DNA of 45,349 nt. It comes from an uncultured bacterium. Its GTDB lineage: Bacteria; Cyanobacteriota; Vampirovibrionia; Gastranaerophilales; Gastranaerophilaceae. Both the position numbers and the translations under genes were made by a program. Within the stretch, counting starts at the first letter, position 1; each line of letters begins with the position of its first letter. The stretch lies in contig USEW01000001.1 of NCBI GenBank assembly GCA_900553845.1, forward strand, positions 1 to 45,349, read 5' to 3'. The notes under the pieces were generated by a model. It was not told the origin of the DNA, made no database searches, and was given only the letters and a program-made list of their open reading frames with translations. Positions 19,412 through 29,441 of the stretch are shown piece after piece.

Positions 19412-19727
19412 TTTTATTCCCACTTTAATTTTTATTTTTACAATACATCTTATTTTATTACAAATACACAATTTTTCAAATTAATTTTATAAACTTTGTT
19501 ACGAAACTTGAAATCTATAAAAAACTTATTGATCTAATTTTATTAAAGATTTGATTAAGCGGCAATATAATTGGAATAATACAAGTATGGAAAATATTAT
19601 ACAGAAAAATTAAAAAATGCTTGAATATATTATTCTCGGAATTTAATTTTTTGCAATGTTTATTTTATTAATGAAGGTTAGTCGTTCATTTTCAAAAAAT
19701 AGTTCCTAGTTTTTAAAACTAATATTT

Positions 19728-20576
19728 CTAAGCTTTTTTTCTATATCTTTTTCCTTCAAACTCATGAACATTTTCAACAGCTATAAAAGCATTTTCATCA
19801 ATTTCATGAACAAGAGATTTTAGTTTAACAAGTTCCATACGTGAAATAACACAATATACAATACGTTTAGCTTTACCTGTATAACCACCTTCTGCATCAA
19901 TATAAGTTACGCCTTTGTCCAGTTCTTTTAACAAAGCATCGCCTATTAACTTCGAATAGTCCGTTACAATAAAAACAGACTTAGCTTCATTAAACCCGTC
20001 AATAGCCATATCAATAACTCGATAAACAATAAAATAAGTCAATATTGAATACATTGCACGGTCAAAACCATATAAAAAACCTGAAAGCGTATAAATAAAT
20101 ATATTAATACACATAATAATTTCACCAACCGAATAACCTATTTTTTTTGTTAACCGGATAGCAATAATTTCAGTTCCATCAACAGCTGCCTGACTTTTAA
20201 GTATCAATCCAACACCTAAACCCAAAATTATTCCACCAAAAACAGTTGCCAAAATGGCATCATTAGTTGCAACGTGATGATGAAATAATGACAATGACAA
20301 AGATAGCATGCTTATTGCCCAAAAGGTATTAATGACAAATCTTTTTCCAAACCGTTGAAGTGCCAAAAATATAAAAGGCAGGTTTAAACAAAATGTAAAA
20401 AGCCCCAAAGGGTATTTTGTTATCGTACTTAACATCATTGAAATACCAACAATCCCGCCATCAATAATTTTATTTGGAACCAAAAAACACTCAAGCGAAA
20501 AAGCTGCTAATGCTGCACCTATTGATATTACAATTAAATTTTTCAAAAACTTTATCATAAAAAAATTATACACCAA
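19728..20576 (-). CDS. YitT-family membrane protein (DUF2179 C-terminal domain)
   Basis: 282 aa with five to six TM segments. The N-terminal IDGG..G pattern and the C-terminal soluble domain are typical of YitT. Confidence 0.65.
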   Translation of the reverse strand: MVYNFFMIKFLKNLIVISIGAALAAFSLECFLVPNKIIDGGIVGISMMLSTITKYPLGLFTFCLNLPFIFLALQRFGKRFVINTFWAISMLSLSLSLFHHHVATNDAILATVFGGIILGLGVGLILKSQAAVDGTEIIAIRLTKKIGYSVGEIIMCINIFIYTLSGFLYGFDRAMYSILTYFIVYRVIDMAIDGFNEAKSVFIVTDYSKLIGDALLKELDKGVTYIDAEGGYTGKAKRIVYCVISRMELVKLKSLVHEIDENAFIAVENVHEFEGKRYRKKA

Positions 20577-20636
20577 ATTTATATCCGTTGTATAATATTA
20601 ATAGCGGATATTTAATATTTGAAGGTAAAAAATTTA

Positions 20637-21647
20637 ATGAAACAAAAACTTATGTCAGGTATGCGTCCAACAGGTAAACTACATTTAGGACACTTTATAG
20701 GCGTTTTATCAAATTGGGTTAATCTCCAAAACAATTATGAGTGCTTCTTTGGTGTTGCGGATTTACATGCTTTGACTACTAAATATGACAACACAGAAGA
20801 TTTACAACAAAATATTATGGATGTTGTCATGGATTGGATAAGTTGTGGGATTGACCCAAATGTTTCAACTATATATGTACAATCAAAAATACCTCAGGTA
20901 TGTCAGCTTCATGTACTTTTAAGTATGATTACACCTCAAAATTGGGTAGAACGCGATCCAACCTTAAAAGATATGGCTAAAATACTTAGAGATAAATCTG
21001 AAAACACATCCTCCATAAGCTATGGACTTATGGGATATCCTGTTTTAATGTCAACGGATATTCTGATTTTTAACGCACAATATGTTCCAGTAGGAATTGA
21101 CCAGGTTGCACATATTGAAATTACACGTGATATTGCAAGACGATTTAATAACATTTATAATACTGATTTTTTTATTGAACCCAAACCGCTTTTAACGCAT
21201 GTACCAATGCTTTTAGGTGTCGATGGTCAAAAAATGGGAAAATCATTCAATAATGATATTAAAATTTCCGATGATGAAAAAACTACAGAAGAAAAAATAC
21301 TAAAAGCAATAACTGACCCAAACCGCATCAGAAAAACAGACTGTGGTAATGTTCAGAACTGTCAGGTTGCTTTTAAATATTATGAAGCATTTGCAAAAGA
21401 TAACTTTGAATTAATAAATCAAATAAAATATGAATGTCAAAATGCTCAAATTGGTTGCCAAGATTGCAAAAAAAGACTTGCTTGCTTAATTAACCAAAAA
21501 TTTGAACCAATTCGTCAAAAACGAACTGAACTGGTCTCAAATCAAGATACAATTAAACAAATTATTGAGGAAGGTAGCAAAAAAGTCCAGAGTGAAAACC
21601 AAAAAATATTGGATAAAGTTAATGAAATTATGCATATGTATAAATAA
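20637..21647 (+). CDS. trpS: tryptophan--tRNA ligase
   Basis: Carries SGMRPTGKLHLGH (HIGH-like) and KMGKS (KMSKS). The ORF opens at TTG 20619; ATG 20637 is preferred. Confidence 0.9.
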   Translation: MKQKLMSGMRPTGKLHLGHFIGVLSNWVNLQNNYECFFGVADLHALTTKYDNTEDLQQNIMDVVMDWISCGIDPNVSTIYVQSKIPQVCQLHVLLSMITPQNWVERDPTLKDMAKILRDKSENTSSISYGLMGYPVLMSTDILIFNAQYVPVGIDQVAHIEITRDIARRFNNIYNTDFFIEPKPLLTHVPMLLGVDGQKMGKSFNNDIKISDDEKTTEEKILKAITDPNRIRKTDCGNVQNCQVAFKYYEAFAKDNFELINQIKYECQNAQIGCQDCKKRLACLINQKFEPIRQKRTELVSNQDTIKQIIEEGSKKVQSENQKILDKVNEIMHMYK

Positions 21648-21649
21648 AA

Positions 21650-21997
21650 CTATTTTTTAAATATAAAAAAGACTGCAATAACTATAAATACAAAACCAAC
21701 TAAATAATTCCATTTAAACTCTTCTTTCAAATAAAACACTGAAAAAATACTAAAAACAACTAAAGTTATAACTTCCTGTAATGTTTTTAATTGTGCAGCA
21801 CTAAAAAACTCATGCCCGATACGATTGGCAGGAACCTGAAAACAATATTCAACAAATGCTATAAGCCAACTTATCAAAACTACTATAAAAAGAGGAGACG
21901 ATTTATATTTTAAATGTCCATACCAGGCAAATGTCATGAATATATTTGAAATTGTTAATAATATTATTGGAATTATTTGTTTTATCATATACTTCAT
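21650..21997 (-). CDS. small DMT-superfamily membrane protein (DUF486-like)
   Basis: 115 aa with four TM segments and a FAWYGHLK motif characteristic of the DUF486/DMT family. Confidence 0.6.
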   Translation of the reverse strand: MKYMIKQIIPIILLTISNIFMTFAWYGHLKYKSSPLFIVVLISWLIAFVEYCFQVPANRIGHEFFSAAQLKTLQEVITLVVFSIFSVFYLKEEFKWNYLVGFVFIVIAVFFIFKK

Positions 21998-22026
21998 TAT
22001 ATATCAAAAACAAATTTTTTTTTACA

Positions 22027-22245
22027 CTATTTTGCAATTAACATTTCATCTATACTTTTATCAACAATTTTAGCAAGCTTTACAGCATTACATAATGAAA
22101 TATTGTGTTTTGCATTTTCAACATTGCTAATATATGAAATACTAAAACCAGTTTTAAATGCAACATCTTCTTGTGATAGTTTTAGCCTAAGTCTCTCGAT
22201 CTTGAAATTAAATCCAAAAGTTTGTAATAATTCTATATCGTTCAT
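22027..22245 (-). CDS. XRE-family helix-turn-helix transcriptional regulator
   Basis: 72 aa. The segment LRLKLSQEDVAFKTGFSISYISNVENAKHNISL matches the HTH_3 pattern. Confidence 0.8.
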   Translation of the reverse strand: MNDIELLQTFGFNFKIERLRLKLSQEDVAFKTGFSISYISNVENAKHNISLCNAVKLAKIVDKSIDEMLIAK

Positions 22246-22343
22246 AATACTAGTTTATGGTCTTAAATACAAATCTTCCATAATCTAAAGTAGAATAATT
22301 TGAACTATAGTACAATTTTGCTATATATTTTTTAATAATAAAA

Positions 22344-22366
22344 AAAGAGTCTACAATAGACTCTTT
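22344..22366 (-). terminator. rho-independent terminator acting on leftward (minus-strand) transcripts
   Basis: 10-bp stem AAAGAGTCTA/TAGACTCTTT with a 3-nt loop. On the minus strand it is followed by a T-run. Confidence 0.7.
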
Positions 22367-22950
22367 AAATGGTGGAAAGAATGCGTCTTATATCGAACCA
22401 TACATACGGACACTGAAAGAACAGTTGGCTAGCGAATGCAGTACAAAACTGATATATATGTTGAACCAGTGGGCATTAAGGAAAGCTGCTTAAATTCACT
22501 TTCTAATATCTATTGTTCAGCAAACACATGCACCACAACTACACCACACACAACAAAAACACTTTATTAGCACAACCCCAAAATCATATCATGTCAGTTT
22601 GGTGAATAAACACATCATTTGTTATTTTTTGACTGTATGCTTTCCGCTGGTACTGTGCTGGTGATACAGTGCGTAGCGGAGCGTAGCACGAGCGTTAGCG
22701 AGCTTGCTGTATCCCGAATGCAGAAGTCCGAGCTGAAAAGGGAAAAGTACGGAAACATAAATGAAAACAGAAATAATAAATGCAATTCTAAAAGCAGCTC
22801 CCAGAGCGGGGTAGAAACAATTTTACCTTTTTATGGTTAAAAGTTATACCATGCAAACAGTAAAAACCTGGTCAAGGCAGCGTGAGTGGCCTCTCGTGGA
22901 ATGTTTAATATAATCTACTGATGTAATTTTTATGCTATAATTAACGCAAG

Positions 22951-25560
22951 ATGATGGAAGTATGTACAATGCTCACTAACAAATATCAGGCAGTAGCAGA
23001 AACAACACGATTACAGGCTCTCGTGAATGATAAAAACTTCCTTCCTATTTATGCCTCATCCAATGTGAAAATATACCCTTATCAGATAGCCTCAGCTAGG
23101 TTTGCTCTACGCTCTGATTATCTAAAAGGTTGTATATTATGTGATGAAGGCTCTCTCGGTAAAACTTACGAGGCTCTTTTGATTGCTGGGCAAAAGTGGT
23201 ATGAAGGCAAAGAGAATATTCTTGTATTAATGCCTTCAAACTAATTCCTCAATGGTTGGGAAAATTAAGCAAAGACTTTACTCTTCCTCATATCTTTTGG
23301 AATAATACCCCTCAAATACCTGAGGATGAAGGGATTATTATAACTACTTATGACTTTGCTCTCAAATACTCTGACCGTATCAAAGAGCGAGTTTGGGACA
23401 TGGTAATTTTTGATGAGGCAGATTGCTTATCAAAACCTGATAAGCAGATGACGCAGACCCTTAAAGACTCCGTAAGAGAGGCGTATAAACTTCTCTTAAC
23501 ACCGACACCTATTACAATGGATATAAGGGATGTTTACGGACTTATACATTTCATAGATGAGAGTGTACTACCTGACCCTGACGAGTTTTATAAGAGGTAT
23601 TTTCGTAAACCTGAAAACTACCCTGAACTCACAAGCTGGGTTTCTCAGTTTTGTTTCAGAACCCTGAAAGCACAGGCATGCGACTATGTCTCATTTTCTA
23701 ATAGGATACCTTTACGGTGGATTATCCTCTTCTTAAAGAAGAAAAAGAACTCTATACCCTTCTTCATACCTACATAAAAACGGATGATAAGGTGGCTTAT
23801 GAAATGGATGAGTATAACCTTGCTCTAATGCTTTTCAATAAGTTATCTTCATCTCCTCAGGCATTTACTAAAATGTTACAGCCCGCTATACAAAGAACTT
23901 ATGGAGTGGAGAAAGCCGTTTTGCAAAAGATTTATGACTTAGCCTCTAATATTCAAATAAACTCTAAGACTTTGAGTCTGATTAAAATACTTAAGCAGGT
24001 ATTTAAACACCTGAAACAATGCAAGGTTAACGAGAAAGCTATTGTATTTGTAACAAGTAATATTACTCTTGAAGTTCTATATGACATCTTAAGGCGAGAA
24101 GGCTATAACATCCTCAAATACAAGGACAACGATACGCTGGAACAATTCAGAAATGATGATGAGGTGCAGATTCTTGTTACAACCGACTCCTCCGCTAAAG
24201 GGCTGGACATTGAGTATTGCCCTGTAGTTGTAAACTATGACCTCTTATATAATTCGATTGAAATGTAGCAGAGGATATGCCGTTGCCATAGACAAGAACA
24301 AAAGTCTGATGTACTTGTTATCAATATGTTAAGCAAAGAAACCTTGCTGATGTTCGCATGCTGGAACTTATTAACAAGCGTACTCTTCAATTCAACGGCA
24401 TTTTTGGGATGTCTGATGATATTGTAGGCAATTTTGACTTGAAACTCAAAGAAGTCCTGACTCAATTTAGACCAGCCCAAGAGGTGGCAGAGTCTTTTAA
24501 ACAGAACCTTGAAACACACAAGACAGCTAATACAGAGCTTGTGGAGAATGCTGAGAATTTATTGTTTACTACTTTTACAAAGTCAATAGCTGAACAGGTA
24601 ACTGTAACCCCTAAATATATTGAAGAAGAGACAGAAAAACTTAACTCTGAATTGTGGGAGCTGGTAAAATACTATTTTCTATATGAAAAACCTGATTGTT
24701 ACGAGATAAACGATAGCGATAGAACCCTCAAACTTATTGAAAGCTATAGACCGTATCTCTTTAGTTATAAGGATGATAGACTAACAAGACAAAAAAGTTA
24801 TGAGGGATATTCTGAATACGGTATGAGTCCTGATTTTCGACCAAGTTTTAAGCGGATAACCTTCACTTCATTACTCGTAAAAGGTATATTGAAAGAGCTT
24901 GACGCTATTGATACCTCTGAGGCGATTTTGTATGTTGATTCTGATATTGAGCCATGCTAGATTGGATTGTATAATTATTCCATAACAACGAGTAAAGCAG
25001 ACTCAAATAAACTATTCCAACACCTTCTAATCGGGCAGACGCAAACAGGGAAACACCTTTCTGATAAAGATTGTAGGGAACTTTTGTCTCTTCCTGTTGC
25101 TAAAATTGAAGAGCCTGAAAGGTTTTCTCGTTTCAAACTCTTTGAAGATTTTGAAACCGCTGGGAACTTAGATGATAAGGTAATTAAAGAGGATATTTTA
25201 AGAGATTATATTAAGAGTAAGGAAGGCTCGATTGCTTATGAAGTCGAGAGAATTAAATTAGAGGCAGGGCGAAAGAAGTCTAAAATGGAAATTGACCTCA
25301 ACGATTTAAGGACAGAGATTAAAGAGCTGAATAAAAAGCTTTCTGATAAGATGACTGACCGACTTGAAGAGTTGAAGATTACGAAAAGACTAAGATTGAT
25401 TGAGAAGGAACTGAAACAGAAGGAAGAGAGCCTCTTCTTTTCTAAGGCAGAAGTGGATGTTGAAACAGAGAAGAAGGTTGAAGAACTTACAAACTCGTAC
25501 AACTTTGAGGTGCTTACTTCTTGCAAGTTTAAATTAAGATTGCTTAAACAACAGGCATAA
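22951..25560 (+). pseudogene. SNF2-family (SF2) helicase, disrupted by three -1 frameshifts and two in-frame TAG codons
   Basis: Motif I DEGSLGKT, motif II FDEAD, motif III LTPTP and a degraded motif VI QRICRCHRQEQ. Reading frame changes near 23240, 23715 and 24340. TAG at 24266 and 24958. Confidence 0.8.
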
Positions 25561-25604
25561 AACACATTTTCATGGTACAATCGCATTAATAAAAGGGGAT
25601 ATAT

Positions 25605-27438
25605 ATGATAGAAGATATAGCTAGAGTATCAGGTCAAAGTATGGATATTGAAGGGGCAGAGAAAGAGAAGTTAAGGTCTGTTTTTCCTCAATGTTTCAAT
25701 GAAGGAAAGCTGGATATAGACAAGCTTTTAAACCTTTGCGGTGAGTATATTGATGAAGATTTTGAGAAGTATAAGTTTGAGTGGAAGGGCAAAGCTGAGT
25801 GTCATAGGATAGCAGGTAAACGCTCAACTGGTACACTTAGACCATGCCCTGATGAAAGTGTGAACTTTGATACAACAAAGAATATGTATATTGAAGGAGA
25901 TAATCTCGAAGTCTTGAAACTCTTGCAGACATCTTACTATCGTAAAGTTAAGATGATGTATATTGACCCTCCGTACAATACAGGTAACGACTTTGTGTAT
26001 GAAGACAACTTTGCAGACCCAATGGCGAAGTATAAAGAAGTAACCCAGCAGACAACCAAGTCAAACCATGAGACAATGGGAAGATACCATACAAACTGGC
26101 TTAATATGATGTACCCAAGACTCCGACTTGCCTCTAACCTCTTGAGGGATGACGGGGTGATTTTTATCTCGATTGATGATAATGAAGTAACAAACCTCAG
26201 AAAACTTTGTGATGAAGTTTTTGGAGAGGAGAACTTTCTTGCTCAAATAATATGGAAAAAAAGAGGTGGTCCTCCTAATGATAAAATTCTAGGTGCTATT
26301 CATGAATACATAATTGCTTATGCAAAGGATATGCAGAAATTAACCATCTATAGAAAAGAACGAACAGGAAAACAATTAGACAGATACAGAAATCCTGACA
26401 ATCATCCGAAAGGCAAATGGGCTGCTGATAATTTAATGGCGAATGTTAAAGGTGGTCGTTATGTTTCATCATTGTACTATCCAATTATAAATCCAGTTAC
26501 TGGTGAAGAACATTATCCGTCATCAAATGGAAACTGGAGATACAACAAAGAAAAAATGCAACAATTATTGGATAACAACGAGATATATTTCGGTGAAGAT
26601 GGCAAGGGTAGACCAAAACTTAAAAGATTTTTGTGTGATGTTCAAGATGGAGTTCCTTTTGCAACATTATTTGATTATCTACCTCATAATAACAAAGCTA
26701 CTGCAGAACTTGCCGAGTTCATAGGAAGTGTTAATATATTTGACACTCCCAAGCCTAGTGATTTAATCAAAGAATTAGTTAAGATGAGTTCTGCAGGAGA
26801 TGATATAGTTCTAGACTTCTTCTCAGGCTCTGCAACCACAGCTCATGCAGTAATGCAGTTAAACGCAGAAGACGGTGGAAACAGGCAATTCATCATGGTA
26901 CAACTCCCTGAGGTTTGTGATGAAAAGTCGGAGGCATTCAAAGCTGGCTACAAGAATATTTGTGAAATAGGCAAGGAACGCATACGCAGAGCAGGAACAA
27001 AAATTGCCAAAGGTGATACAGGGTTTAAGGTATTCAAACTCGACACTTCAAACCTTGTTAAGTGGGAGTCAACACCGACCTCTGACCTTGATTTGATTGC
27101 GGATAGAATGAACTTGCTTAAAGACACAATTAAACCCGACCGTAACGACTTAGACATGGTTTATGAAACAATGCTCAAAATGGGAATACCTCTTGATTAC
27201 AGCGTAACAGAAGTATCAGTTAATGATAAGAGCTTACTCAATAGGAGATGATTGCCTTGTGCTTGTTTGCCTAGACTACGGCAAAGACGGAATAACCCCT
27301 GAGGATATTAAAACAATATGTGATGACTTCACACCTGCTAAGATTATTGCCTCAGAGAGAGCATTCAAGGATGATGTATCACTCTCAAATGCTTACTATA
27401 TACTAAAAGACAGACATATTGAAATGAAACTGTTATAA
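25605..27438 (+). pseudogene. mod: Type III R-M Mod-like DNA methyltransferase (beta-class N6A/N4C), C-terminal frameshift
   Basis: Carries DPPYNTGNDF (motif IV) and DFFSGSATTAHA (motif I). The frame shifts around 27222-27252, and the tail continues as AYSIGDDCLVLVCLD... Confidence 0.8.
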
Positions 27439-27450
27439 AGGAGATAAGTA

Positions 27451-28356
27451 TTGACTAACAGCTTTGAACTACTTAGAAATAAATACATATTAGATATTCT
27501 TGATGGGGATAAATTATTTGAGACACAAGGAGATATTAGAATTGCTATGCCATATTTGAGTGGACCTGATTTATGCGGTTTATCAACAAGATTTGGTTAT
27601 CCTAGCCAGTACAAATGGGGGAGTGGTAATCCTAGTCGCTGGTCATATTTAGATAGCACAATATCTTTCTGTATTGAAAATAATTCTATTGACAAACTTC
27701 TAAGCTTTATGTTTAGCAAAGAGAATTTTAAGCAAGCATTGAGAAATGTCAATGTGGATAAAATAGATTACTACCATGAGTATATATGTACTAAAGCAAT
27801 TACAGAAATAAACAAGATTCTTTATTTTTCGGATAAACAACTGGTAAAAACAAACAATAACTTCTACATCAAAGAAATAGGTCAAGAAGTAACAATCGAA
27901 ACACCTGCTCTGAAAGTAATTGATAGAGAGTATATAAAAGGCTTATGTGAAAGAGCCAGCAAAGACATTGATGAGAATAATTTTGATAGTGCAATTACCA
28001 AGTTTAGAACCCTAATAGAAGAAGTGTTTTGTTATGCCATTGAAAAGGCTGGAGAGACTCCTTCTGATAGTGGGGATATTCAAAAGCTTTATAATCAAGT
28101 TAAAGACCTATATAATATGCACTCTAACAAGGATATGGATAAGAGGATAAATAATCTTCTATCAGGGTTAAACAAGATAATATCTTCTATCGCAGAGATG
28201 AGAAACGGAAATAGTGATTCTCATGGAGTTGGTAGTAAACGCATAAATATAATAGAAGAACATCATGCAAGATTGATATTGAACTCAGCGTCAACAATAG
28301 CAGAGTTCTTTCTTGCAGTTGTAAATAGGAAACAAGCTCAACTGGTAACAGTTTGA
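27451..28356 (+). CDS. abortive-infection protein with an Abi_C-type C-terminal domain (intact)
   Basis: TTG start 7 nt after an AAGGAG SD that overlaps the mod stop. The C-terminus FDSAITKFRTLIEEVF...IAEMRNGNSDSHG...HARLILNSASTIAEF resembles the Abi_C (AbiJ-like) domain. Confidence 0.6.
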   Translation: MTNSFELLRNKYILDILDGDKLFETQGDIRIAMPYLSGPDLCGLSTRFGYPSQYKWGSGNPSRWSYLDSTISFCIENNSIDKLLSFMFSKENFKQALRNVNVDKIDYYHEYICTKAITEINKILYFSDKQLVKTNNNFYIKEIGQEVTIETPALKVIDREYIKGLCERASKDIDENNFDSAITKFRTLIEEVFCYAIEKAGETPSDSGDIQKLYNQVKDLYNMHSNKDMDKRINNLLSGLNKIISSIAEMRNGNSDSHGVGSKRINIIEEHHARLILNSASTIAEFFLAVVNRKQAQLVTV

Positions 28357-28416
28357 CACCAGATAATAGGGTGGCGACAATTTGTTCCCCACCTAAAACA
28401 AACAAGGAGTAAATAA

Positions 28417-29282
28417 ATGGCTAGTGACAAAGTAAGAATAGATGTGCAAGGTGAAAGTATTGCAATATTAAAGGTTAACGATGATGATTATATCTCATTA
28501 ACAGATATGGTGAAAGGTTTTGAAGGTCAAGGTGCTTTAATTGAACAGTGGCTAAGAAACAAGGATACACTTCTATTCTTGGGAACTTGGGAAACTTTAT
28601 ATAATGAGAATTTTAATTCCCTCGAATTCGAGGGAATTAAAAATGAGGCTGGTAGAAACAGTTTCTATATGTCTGTTAAAAAGTGGATTGAATTAACTAA
28701 TGCTAAGGTATAATATCTCAAGCTGGTAGATATGGGGGAACTTTTGCTCATAAAGACATAGCCTTTGAATTTGGCTCATGGCTTAGTCCTGAATTTAAAC
28801 TATATCTCATTAAAGAATTCCAACGATTAAAGTTAGAAGAAAATGAAAGAAAGTCTCTTGATTGGAATCTGAATAGAACTCTTTCAAAGATTAACTACAG
28901 AATCCATACAGATTCTATTAAAGAAAACCTAATTCCTCACAAATTAACCAAGAAAGAACAAAACGGTACATACGCAAGTGAGGCAGATGTTCTTAATATT
29001 GCTTTGTTTGGCAAGACTGCTAAACAATGGAGAGAACAAAATCCTGATGTAAAGGGAAATATTAGAGATTATGCCACGATTGAACAACTTCTTGTATTGG
29101 CTAATATTGAAAGTTTCAATGCTGAGCTTATCAGACAAAATATACCACAAGGAGAACAATTAAAAGTATTAAATGATATGGCTATAAGTCAATTAAAATC
29201 ACTGTTGGCTAGTAATGTAGCTAAGAAATTAACAGTTAAAGGAAATATACCTTTAATAGAATACAAAGAAGATAAAAACTAG
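28417..29282 (+). pseudogene. KilA-N domain protein, one -1 frameshift near 28705-28715
   Basis: The N-terminal ORF ends ...ELTNAKV*. The next frame continues GIISQAGRYGGTFAHKDIAFEFGSWLSPEFKLYLIKEFQRLK, a KilA-N hallmark. Confidence 0.7.
28611..28642. repeat. 32-bp perfect palindrome TTTTAATTCCCTCGAATTCGAGGGAATTAAAA (copy 1, inside kilA-N)
   Basis: Read directly from the sequence. It is centred on GAATTC, and a second copy lies at 29389-29418. Confidence 0.9.
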
Positions 29283-29388
29283 TTGTACGCTCAAATCGTA
29301 CAACTCAACCGGTTACAAAGAGTAACCGGTTGACTACAAATTGAAGTCAACCGAATTGTACGAAATAGTCGTACACTTGAAGAGGAAA

Positions 29389-29418
29389 TTTAATTCTCTC
29401 GAATTCGAGGGAATTAAA
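29389..29418. repeat. second copy of the palindrome (one arm mismatch), 24 nt upstream of the res start
   Basis: Reads TTTAATTCTCTCGAATTCGAGGGAATTAAA. Flanking bases are also shared with copy 1, giving ~38 bp of similarity. Confidence 0.9.
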
Positions 29419-29441
29419 AAAAAGACAAAGGACAGGACTAA

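Noticed and set aside
19412-19727. A T-box or other riboswitch leader upstream of glyQ (and upstream of trpS at 20577-20636)
   Set aside because: The region is uniformly AT-rich with no T-box consensus (AATTAGGGTGGTACCGCG-like) or specifier-hairpin architecture visible. The trpS leader is too short.
22370-22650. A tmRNA or tRNA gene on the minus strand, suggested by the ...CCACCA end followed by a terminator
   Set aside because: I could not fold a T-arm or an acceptor stem. There is no GGUUCGA-type loop flanked by pairing arms, no G3:U70 acceptor and no GGGG..UUCGAC 5' end. It is best treated as a decayed 3'-end remnant rather than a functional RNA gene.
22668-22760. A group II intron 5' fragment, suggested by GTGCG at 22669 and GAAAAGTACGGAAAC resembling a domain I segment
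   Set aside because: There is no domain V-like hairpin, no intron-encoded reverse transcriptase and no matching 3' end within range. The similarity is limited to short words.
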